This document shows positions 56,009-64,000 of a stretch of 64,000 nucleotides of DNA, piece by piece (position 1 is the stretch's first letter; the number at the start of each line of letters is the position of its first letter). Source of the DNA: Promethearchaeota archaeon (GTDB taxonomy: Archaea > Asgardarchaeota > Lokiarchaeia > Sigyniarchaeales > SOKP01); the NCBI GenBank assembly GCA_019058445.1, contig JAHPZA010000003.1:128001-192000 (forward strand), given 5' to 3'. The position numbers and the translations under genes were made by a program. Under the pieces are notes generated by a model. That model searched no databases, was not told where the DNA came from, and saw nothing but the letters and a program-made list of their open reading frames with translations.

Positions 56009-59000
56009 ATGATTGATAATGAAGAAGAATCATTTGAGCTCATAGAAAAATATCGAGTTATAATTGAGAATGTTAATGACCTAATTTGTATAGTTGAAAA
56101 AGATCATCCGTATAAAATTAAATTTATAAATGAAACAATATTTTTGAGCGTTTTAAATTACTCAAATGAGGATTTAATTGATAATTCAATTTTAAATTAT
56201 ATTCATCCTGAAGATCTTAAGGAATTTGAAAAGTTCTTGAAAAAGGGAACTGATGGAAAGATCGAATTACAGGAGATAAGAGTCAAGAATAAAAATAACA
56301 AATTTATCTGGTTTGAATATAAAATAAAAAAATATAAGGACTCAAACGAAAATAATAAACTTCTCATAATCTTAGAAAACCGTTCTCAGAATAAGACTTT
56401 AGAGAAAAAAATAAGTGAAAGTGAAGCTAAATTAAAAAATATAATGACCTCCTTACCTGAAATTCGGTTTTGGAAATTATTTTATCCTAAAAAGTATGAA
56501 GAAGCATTGAGAACATCATATGAAATGCTTCAAAAAGTAATAGATAACATTCCTGAAAATATCTTCTGGAAGGATACAAATTTAGTATATTTAGGATGCA
56601 ATCAAAATTACTCCAATTTTATAGGCGCTGATAATCCAGAATACGTAATTGGTGAGACGAATAGAGACCTTTTATTGGAAGATTTATTATCCACAGAAAA
56701 ACTTTTGGAATTGGAGGAAAACGAATCAAAGGTTATAACTTCAAATCAACCAGAATTTCATATTATTGAATACTGGAATTTAAAAAATGGAGAAAGATTA
56801 TGGTTTGATACAAATAGAATACCCCTTCATGATTCAGAGGGAAATGTCGCTGGAATTCTCGTGACTTATGACGATATAACAGAATTAAAGAAAGCAGAAG
56901 AAGATTTAATAGAGTCTGAAGAAAAATTTAGGACTATCAGTGAGAGAACTTCATTGGGCTTATTTATTTTACAAGATGATGTCCTTACTTACGTTAATCG
57001 AGGGGCCTCAATAAGCCTTGGATATTCTTTTTCAGAAATGAAAGAATGGAAGCCTGGAAAATATCTCCAGTTATTCTTTCCAGAAGATCGAGATTTGATT
57101 GCTAATCTTGCGAGCCAATTACAAGGAGGAATAAGGCCAGATAGAGCCAATATTCAAGTTCGGTGTATAAAAAAATCTAAGGATATAATGTGGGTAGAAT
57201 TATTTGGTCAAACTATAAATTATAGAGGTAAACAAGCTGGATTAATCTCAGCTATCGATATTACTCAAAGAAAAAAGGCAGAAGAAGATTTAATTGAGTC
57301 TGAGGAAAAATACCGCCATTTATTTGGAAACTCTCCAAATATGATATGTTTAATCGACACAAATAGAAGAATAATTGATTTAAATGCTGCATTCTTAAAA
57401 TTCTTTAATTCTAAAAAAGATGAAATGATAGGAAAAGATGTTCTCGAGGCCTATAATTTTTCTCAAAAAGAGTTGTCTTTAATTGATAAAAAATATAAGG
57501 AACTTCTCAAAAAAGGGAATATAAAACCATTCGAAATTGAATTTAAATTTGAAAATGATAGATCTGTATGGGTTAATGTTCAAGCCTCCTTTGTAGAAAC
57601 TGGAATTAAAACTCTTATAGAAATATTAATGCAAGACATCACAGATAGAAAGCGATCTGAAGAAATTTTACAACTTAATGAGGCTCGTCTTGAAGCATTA
57701 CTTAAGCTTAGTCAAATGGGAGATTTATCAGAAAAAGAGATTGCTGATTTTGCAGTAGTAAAATGTGTTGATCTCACAAATAGCAAACTTGGGTGTATCT
57801 TCTTTTTTAATGAAGAGAAATCTAATTTAAAAGTGGTTTCTTGCTCAAATCAGTTGGAAGATCAATGCAATATTAAGCAATTACAAGAATTTTCATCAAA
57901 AGAATTTAATATGTGGAATGAAATACTTATTCAGCGAAAGCCAATTGTTAATAATAATTGTACGGAAAATACAAAATTATTTATATGCATATCCAATAGA
58001 GGAGAAAGAATAATTCGGTATTTATGCATCCCTATCTTAGAGGGAGAGCATATTGTTGCGGTGACAACTGTTATTAATAAGAAAAATAATTATAATGAAT
58101 CTGATATAAATCAATTAACATTATTCATGGATGGTGTCTGGAAAAATATCCAACGTAAGAGAGCCCGAGATGCGCTAGAAAGGAGTGAGGGAAAATACCG
58201 CGATTTACTTGAGACTTCTTCAATGGGGATATTAGAATATAATTTCACTCTCAATGATTATTCATATGTTAATCCTAAATTGTTGGAAATGTTGGGCTAT
58301 GATAAAAACGATGATTTCAATGTGAAAATCTTTTCTAAAAGCATACATCCGGATGAAATAAAAAAATTTAATAGAGTTGTCGAAAAAGACCAATTAGAAT
58401 TCAGAATATATGATAAACAAGGGAATTTAAAATGGTTCCTTGGAAAACTCATTAATCAATTTGATGATGAAGGGAATAATCTTAGTTTTAGAGTATGGTT
58501 GGAAGATATCACAGAGAAAAAGATTTATGAAGAGCTTATATATGAGTTAAATATAAACTTCTTAAGTTTTACCACGGATATTCAAAAAAATATTGATATG
58601 CTAATTCAGACATGCGGTAAATTGTTAAGTGCAAGTGCTGTCCTATATGTTCACAAAAGAATCCAAGATGGAAAAGAAATTTATCAGTTAATGGATAGCA
58701 ATAAAGACGTCTTTCTCTATAATTCAGAAGAGTTTACTAAGAAGTTTTTTATTAGCACTTTGTTTGACGAAAACCATGATTATATTCAGACCCTTTTCGA
58801 TGTTCATAAATCAGATTATTCAAAAATTGACCCTTACTTAATAAAATATGAGGTAACTGGTTGTTATGGAAAATTAATTAAATCTCAAGACGAATATAAT
58901 AGTGCCATATGTGTTTTCTACAAAAAAAATCCTATTATCTCACATCAAGACAAACTAGTCTTGTTTTTAATTTGCGACGCGATTGAAATTGAACAACGTC

Positions 59001-59734
59001 GCTGGAAAGTTCAACAAGATTTAGAAGAACAGAGTAGTCTTAAGACTGAACTACTTTCAAGAACTTCACATGAATTAAAAACTCCCCTCATATCAATTAA
59101 AGGATTTACTGAACTTTTACTTACAGTGCATAAACCTAATTTAGATACCGATATGATTTCCATTTTGGAAGAAATAAAGGAGGGAAGTAGTCGATTAGAG
59201 AAATTAGTTAACTCACTCTTAGAAAGTTCACGATTAGATCAAGGCCAGTTAAAACTAAATATCACCACCGAAGATTTAACTTTCCTAATAAAATTTTGCG
59301 TTAAAGAATTGCAAGCTTTAGCAGAACTGAGAAATCAAACAATAATACTTAATGTACAGGAATATTTAACTTGCAGCTTTGATAAAGAGAGAGTTTATGA
59401 AGTATTGACTAATCTCCTGCTTAATGCGATTAAATATACCCCTCCAGGAGGAGAAATAACCATTAAATCTGAAATCAGAGAAAAATTCTATATAATATCC
59501 GTCGAAGATACGGGAATCGGGATTACTGATGATGAAAAGAGTCAGCTTTTCAAACAATTTGGAAAAATTGAGAGATATGGTAAAGGATGGGATGTAGATA
59601 TAGAAGGTTCTGGTCTTGGCTTGTATATCTCGAAAAATATTGTCAATTTACATGGCGGAAGCATTTGGGTTGAATCAGAAGGAAGGAATAAAGGTAGCAA
59701 ATTTTATTTTTCTCTTCCAATTATATCTGAATAA
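56009..59734 (+). CDS. Multi-PAS/GAF sensor histidine kinase
   Basis: About five PAS/PAC units (DITE.K.AE), a GAF domain, H-box SHELKTPL, NLLLNAIKY, DTGIGI, GSGLGL. Confidence 0.93.
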   Translation: MIDNEEESFELIEKYRVIIENVNDLICIVEKDHPYKIKFINETIFLSVLNYSNEDLIDNSILNYIHPEDLKEFEKFLKKGTDGKIELQEIRVKNKNNKFIWFEYKIKKYKDSNENNKLLIILENRSQNKTLEKKISESEAKLKNIMTSLPEIRFWKLFYPKKYEEALRTSYEMLQKVIDNIPENIFWKDTNLVYLGCNQNYSNFIGADNPEYVIGETNRDLLLEDLLSTEKLLELEENESKVITSNQPEFHIIEYWNLKNGERLWFDTNRIPLHDSEGNVAGILVTYDDITELKKAEEDLIESEEKFRTISERTSLGLFILQDDVLTYVNRGASISLGYSFSEMKEWKPGKYLQLFFPEDRDLIANLASQLQGGIRPDRANIQVRCIKKSKDIMWVELFGQTINYRGKQAGLISAIDITQRKKAEEDLIESEEKYRHLFGNSPNMICLIDTNRRIIDLNAAFLKFFNSKKDEMIGKDVLEAYNFSQKELSLIDKKYKELLKKGNIKPFEIEFKFENDRSVWVNVQASFVETGIKTLIEILMQDITDRKRSEEILQLNEARLEALLKLSQMGDLSEKEIADFAVVKCVDLTNSKLGCIFFFNEEKSNLKVVSCSNQLEDQCNIKQLQEFSSKEFNMWNEILIQRKPIVNNNCTENTKLFICISNRGERIIRYLCIPILEGEHIVAVTTVINKKNNYNESDINQLTLFMDGVWKNIQRKRARDALERSEGKYRDLLETSSMGILEYNFTLNDYSYVNPKLLEMLGYDKNDDFNVKIFSKSIHPDEIKKFNRVVEKDQLEFRIYDKQGNLKWFLGKLINQFDDEGNNLSFRVWLEDITEKKIYEELIYELNINFLSFTTDIQKNIDMLIQTCGKLLSASAVLYVHKRIQDGKEIYQLMDSNKDVFLYNSEEFTKKFFISTLFDENHDYIQTLFDVHKSDYSKIDPYLIKYEVTGCYGKLIKSQDEYNSAICVFYKKNPIISHQDKLVLFLICDAIEIEQRRWKVQQDLEEQSSLKTELLSRTSHELKTPLISIKGFTELLLTVHKPNLDTDMISILEEIKEGSSRLEKLVNSLLESSRLDQGQLKLNITTEDLTFLIKFCVKELQALAELRNQTIILNVQEYLTCSFDKERVYEVLTNLLLNAIKYTPPGGEITIKSEIREKFYIISVEDTGIGITDDEKSQLFKQFGKIERYGKGWDVDIEGSGLGLYISKNIVNLHGGSIWVESEGRNKGSKFYFSLPIISE

Positions 59735-59779
59735 ATATTTTATCAAAGAATTAAAAGATAATCAAAGAAGATTTAAAAA

Positions 59780-60844
59780 TTATTGAATTTTATATTCTAA
59801 AATTAAATGTCGTCGATCCCTAATACCTTGCATTTTTTGTGCCATAGTCGCATTTGCAATATTTTCTGATCCTACAGGCCAAGAACCATATCGCATACCC
59901 TCTTTATAGATTTTCTTTGCTCCTACACCGTACATTAGCATTGCAAGTCCAGCTCGTCGATGTTCTGGATGAACCACCCAATCATGGAAGCTAGCTGAAT
60001 TTAAGCGATTTCTTTTATCTCTAGAAAAAGGATTGGGGATAATATATCCACAAGCAACCATCTCTTTTGTAGGTTTATAAAAAACAGACCAAATGTGTGA
60101 TTCTAAGCCGAATTTGTGTATAAATTCAATATGTACTTCTGGATGAATAGGATTCATAGGAGAAATTTGAGCAGATGGAGGCATATACTTCAAATGTAGA
60201 TCAACCATTTGATTAAGCTGATCCCAGACCTCTGTTTTTGATGGATTAGTGTATTCGTAATCAGAATAGTCATAATAAGTACCATTTTTTTTTTTAATAC
60301 TGTAAGGATCAAATGGCAAAACCGGTACATTATATCGGTCTTCTTCAAATTTAACATAAAATCCATTATTAAGAAAAACTTTTTGATATATTGGGGGATT
60401 TACAGGACAGCAAATAAATAATGATTTATTACTTCCTTCGACCATAAAACCCCATCCAAATATAACTGCAGGGATATTTACTGGTCCCCTAATATAATCA
60501 TAATCGTTTTCTACAGCGTATTTTATAAGACTATTCATCAGAAAAGCAATTTTCCCTTCATCATGATCGTATGTGCCGAAAAATCCGAAAAACAGAGTTT
60601 TATTTCCTCCATCATATATGATTGTAATTCCTACAACTTTATCAATAAAATCCGTTTTATCGATAAAAATGCTATTCTTAATATTTTCTTCTAAAAGGAT
60701 TGCTTTAACATTAAAACCATTAAATGTCTTTATTATTATTTTTTTAAATTCTGGTAATATGGGAATGTTTATACCAATTTGCAGGAATTTTATAATTTCA
60801 TTTGGATTAGTCAATATCTTCATAGTAAATTGTAATTTTGTCAT
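59780..60844 (-). CDS. GNAT-fold acyltransferase (YghO-like, tandem GNAT)
   Basis: FFGFF, IRGPVN, NPPIY, VHPEHRRAGLA acetyl-CoA motif A, SENIAN. Confidence 0.8.
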   Translation of the reverse strand: MTKLQFTMKILTNPNEIIKFLQIGINIPILPEFKKIIIKTFNGFNVKAILLEENIKNSIFIDKTDFIDKVVGITIIYDGGNKTLFFGFFGTYDHDEGKIAFLMNSLIKYAVENDYDYIRGPVNIPAVIFGWGFMVEGSNKSLFICCPVNPPIYQKVFLNNGFYVKFEEDRYNVPVLPFDPYSIKKKNGTYYDYSDYEYTNPSKTEVWDQLNQMVDLHLKYMPPSAQISPMNPIHPEVHIEFIHKFGLESHIWSVFYKPTKEMVACGYIIPNPFSRDKRNRLNSASFHDWVVHPEHRRAGLAMLMYGVGAKKIYKEGMRYGSWPVGSENIANATMAQKMQGIRDRRHLILEYKIQ

Positions 60845-60888
60845 AATTTTTCACGCCTCACAAAATAGAAAACTGTTAGTTAGTTGAA

Positions 60889-61596
60889 TTATATATTTTG
60901 TCCAATTCCATAATAAATTAAAAGTCCAGAAGGAATTACTAAGTTAAATACTATTAAAGCCCATACTGCTCTAAATAGAGGATCATGCCATGTATTATAT
61001 AATATTAATCCATAAAAGGCAAATAACATCCCAAAAATTCCACAGAAAAAATACTTTAGTTTCTTTTTTAGCTTAGAATCGATAAATGTCTTATACAATT
61101 TAATTGACAAAAATATGGATGGAAATGTAATAAATACTGTAAAAAAGACATAAATTATTAGGAAAAAATGCCAACTAAATAGTGGTGCCCAGTTTGTCTT
61201 TTCAGATATGATAATCCCTCCCGGATAGCTAAATATTATTAAAATAATAATCGCATAAACAACTATAATTAACACATCTTTTCTATTGGAAACACTTGAT
61301 TCTAAATAAACCAGGTTTTTAATGAAAACTATAAGAAATATAAATCCAAATAATATTAAATAAGCAGCAATAAAATACAACACATAACCTAAAATAGTAG
61401 TACTATAAAGTAAAAATATTAGATTTAATAAAAAACCCGTTGCTGGTAAAATATAGAACATACTTAAAGTTAAAGTAGTCTTATTATAGCTTCTTTTGAG
61501 AATTCTTAACGCTAAATAGTATAATAGAAGCACTAAGAAAGTATGTATAATAAGAATTAAAAAAATTCTTGACCAAATTGTATTTTGCAGTATCAA
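60889..61596 (-). CDS. Stand-alone 7-TM membrane protein (HisKA_7TM-like)
   Basis: Seven hydrophobic helices; paralog of 42658-43371. Confidence 0.75.
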   Translation of the reverse strand: MILQNTIWSRIFLILIIHTFLVLLLYYLALRILKRSYNKTTLTLSMFYILPATGFLLNLIFLLYSTTILGYVLYFIAAYLILFGFIFLIVFIKNLVYLESSVSNRKDVLIIVVYAIIILIIFSYPGGIIISEKTNWAPLFSWHFFLIIYVFFTVFITFPSIFLSIKLYKTFIDSKLKKKLKYFFCGIFGMLFAFYGLILYNTWHDPLFRAVWALIVFNLVIPSGLLIYYGIGQNI

Positions 61597-61699
61597 GATA
61601 ATTCACAATATTTTTTTATAATAATATTAGACTTTTCAAAATATAAATAATCGCTCTTATTCCATAATTATTATAAAATTTGTATAATCAAATATAAAT

Positions 61700-62560
61700 C
61701 TATAATGGTTTCATTTTCAAATAATCATATCCAATGATTTGGGGTGCAAGAATCATTTTCTTTATTTCTAGTATTCCTGATACAATTATCTCAAAACTTA
61801 AGTAAGCGGCAGTCATATGGACGACTGGGGCAAGAGATACTAATGCAATTTTTCCTTCAATCATTCCATCAACAGCTCCTTTTTCCCTATCATAGGTTTT
61901 TCTTATATTAGGAAATTTTAATAAATAATTTAATTGAGCTATTTTGATTTCTTGTAATATACTTTTTGATTTTTGAATATCTTCAATTTTCATATTATGA
62001 GTATTTAAACCATAACAGTTTTCATAATCGATACTTTTTGATGTAAACCACCACGCGAACAAGTAGGGGATGCCCCATGACTCGATCATAGGTATAGACC
62101 TTTTCCGACACTCTCTTGAGATTAAAATAGATATAATTGGATCATCTAAAGTTAAAGCTACAATATGCGTATTTTTTAAAACTTCTATCAGATTGTCTTC
62201 AATAATTTCATAATATTTATTAATATTCAAATCAGGATTGATTTTATACAAAAAATTTTCAATTACATCTACTTTATACTCACCAATATCTTCTCTTGTG
62301 CACAGTTGTCTATTTAAATTTGATTCTGAAAATATATCATTATCACATATTACAAGATTTTCACATCCTGATCTAACTAGATTTTCAATAAGAGGTCCTC
62401 CAAGACCACCTAAACCAAACACACCCACTCTTGTTTTTTTAAGTTTTTCTTGCTCTGTAAACTTAATAATACCAATATTTCTTTTTATATGATTCCAGTA
62501 TTGGGTTGACCAATTTTTAGGAACTTTAGATTCAAACAAGTTCACATTACCAGTTTTCAT
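61700..62560 (-). CDS. ThiF/MoeB/E1-family adenylyltransferase
   Basis: RNIG, EQEKL, GLGGLG, D.D.F..SNLNRQ, KV, INP; no Zn-binding CxxC pairs. Confidence 0.9.
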   Translation of the reverse strand: MKTGNVNLFESKVPKNWSTQYWNHIKRNIGIIKFTEQEKLKKTRVGVFGLGGLGGPLIENLVRSGCENLVICDNDIFSESNLNRQLCTREDIGEYKVDVIENFLYKINPDLNINKYYEIIEDNLIEVLKNTHIVALTLDDPIISILISRECRKRSIPMIESWGIPYLFAWWFTSKSIDYENCYGLNTHNMKIEDIQKSKSILQEIKIAQLNYLLKFPNIRKTYDREKGAVDGMIEGKIALVSLAPVVHMTAAYLSFEIIVSGILEIKKMILAPQIIGYDYLKMKPL

Positions 62561-62719
62561 TAGAAAGTTTTATAATTTTTTAGATTGTTAATTATGACAT
62601 GAGAGGGGTTATCATTTTAAAATAATACAAAGCTTAGTAATTTTAATTAATCCAAATTATAGTAAAATTGATATTTTTTTTTTCCACATCTTATCATTTA
62701 GGATAATTGTTATCGAATA

Positions 62720-63946
62720 TTAAGGAAACAACTCTTCTTTATAAAAATTTAAGGATTGAAGCATTTTCTCACTCTCAGGTATTAATTTTATATTTTTAAC
62801 AGCATTACCAGTAAAATAATTAAATACTATTTTATCCTCAAATACATTTAAATTTTTTTTATAATTCCAACAAGGCACGTACCCTCTAGGTCGAAATCCT
62901 TCTTGATAGAAGATTTTTTGATGAACAGGATTATAAGCAGAAACAAAACATTGAAAATAGTTAACATCCATCTTCTTTATTAGGTCCTTCACTTTTTTTA
63001 GAAAAATATTTAATTCCTCTGGTTGATTAACTTTGTATTTAGTTTTTTCAAAATGCTTACTATATGGATTATATGAAAATTTAAAATAAGAATCAGAATT
63101 TTTAATAGATATAATTATATTTTCGTATCCAAAATCTTTATTCTCAAACACAACATCAATTTTTTTTTCGAGTTCAATTAATTTTGACTTGTTAAGGTTA
63201 ATTGTAGGATTTTCAATATGAGGAACTCCCAAATTATATCTTTGATTAGAATAGGTATAGCAGTTTAAAACTTGACGAATGAGCCGAGGGTTTGCTTCAC
63301 ATCGATAATTAGTAAAAACCTCTTCATTATAAGAAGTAATCATAAAATCTGATTCTATCCTATTAAAAAATATATCTTTATTCGGAAAAAAAGCAATTGG
63401 TTTTAAACCACATAACGAAGTCGCAAATTGTGCAGTAGCATCATTTGTACGGACTTCTCCTGACCATACTAAAATTTTGTCTTTATAATAAGTCCAGAAG
63501 TAAATAAGTGAAGCAACAAATGCTTTTAATGAATCAACATTATTCTGATAAGATTTTTTTATTAAAAATCCATAGAGAATTCCTTTTTTGTTTTTAAAAT
63601 CTAGATCTGCTCCAAAACAACCAACAGTCATTTTTAGATTCGCTTTATATATGACCCAAGCGTGATTTTCATCCTTTATCATTCTGCGAACTTCTTCTTC
63701 ATCTTCCATTTTCTTATATGGATATGTTCCATGGTATACATCCCTGAAAAGTGAAGCGATTACCTCTGCATCTTCTGGCTCTGCAATTTGGAGGGTTGTT
63801 CTAATCTTTTTAGAATCACGTCTTTTTTTTAATTGAAAATCAAGTTTAAATAAATGTTGGATGTCAGAGTTTATACTATCTTCATACTGTTCTAAAAAAG
63901 CATTAATTGTAATGACTGATTTCCTGTTTATTTTTAAACTTTGCAT
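62720..63946 (-). CDS. GNAT-like protein
   Basis: AEPEDAEVIASLFRDVYHGTYPY, IKKSYQN, GLKPIAFFP, and a second GF.P.GYVP half. Confidence 0.65.
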   Translation of the reverse strand: MQSLKINRKSVITINAFLEQYEDSINSDIQHLFKLDFQLKKRRDSKKIRTTLQIAEPEDAEVIASLFRDVYHGTYPYKKMEDEEEVRRMIKDENHAWVIYKANLKMTVGCFGADLDFKNKKGILYGFLIKKSYQNNVDSLKAFVASLIYFWTYYKDKILVWSGEVRTNDATAQFATSLCGLKPIAFFPNKDIFFNRIESDFMITSYNEEVFTNYRCEANPRLIRQVLNCYTYSNQRYNLGVPHIENPTINLNKSKLIELEKKIDVVFENKDFGYENIIISIKNSDSYFKFSYNPYSKHFEKTKYKVNQPEELNIFLKKVKDLIKKMDVNYFQCFVSAYNPVHQKIFYQEGFRPRGYVPCWNYKKNLNVFEDKIVFNYFTGNAVKNIKLIPESEKMLQSLNFYKEELFP

Positions 63947-64000
63947 GAAGAGTCGCCTTATTATTTTATTATTTCAATAGCAATTCTTACTGAATAATGT

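Noticed and set aside
1927-62492. Numerous 60-126-aa ORFs in the track overlapping longer genes (e.g. 1927-2109, 7232-7576, 10336-11937 set, 27435-27815, 33511-33882, 50191-51828 set)
   Set aside because: Antisense or alternate-frame shadows of well-supported genes, with no recognisable motifs
1-64000. CRISPR arrays, tRNA/rRNA genes, transposases
   Set aside because: No regularly spaced short repeats, GC-rich cloverleafs or transposase motifs were seen by eye. tRNAscan-SE and a CRISPR finder would be needed to exclude them formally

Overview
Low-GC archaeal chromosomal segment, very probably from a Lokiarchaeia/Asgard archaeon. The evidence is three longin-like domains, a gelsolin-like protein, and a UGA-recoded selenoprotein with a eukaryote-style SECIS. 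The core is a group-3c-type [NiFeSe] hydrogenase/heterodisulfide reductase locus (vhuG-vhuA-vhuU-hdrC-hdrB) with maturation genes hypC/D/E/F and cooC. Housekeeping genes include ogg, a cyclophilin, an ADP-forming acetate-CoA ligase, hisF/H, purF, mobA and fwdA, plus two orphan histidine kinases. The ORF track misses two real genes: the 49-aa Sec-containing VhuU (28344-28493, -) and a >=1280-aa single-pass surface protein (CUB-like ectodomain, cytoplasmic longin-like domain) running off the left edge. The best novelty candidates are: (i) a 147-nt element present twice, ahead of a permease-ferredoxin fusion and ahead of fwdA, with four compensatory base-pair changes (candidate new archaeal structured RNA or riboswitch); (ii) a CorA-like 2-TM membrane protein fused to an ADP-ribose-type Nudix domain; (iii) a SIR2 plus ~30-TPR protein; (iv) a GNAT-ThiF-7TM-GNAT cassette next to a multi-PAS kinase. 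No rRNA, tRNA, CRISPR array or transposase was recognised. All family calls come from motif recognition by eye; no searches were run.
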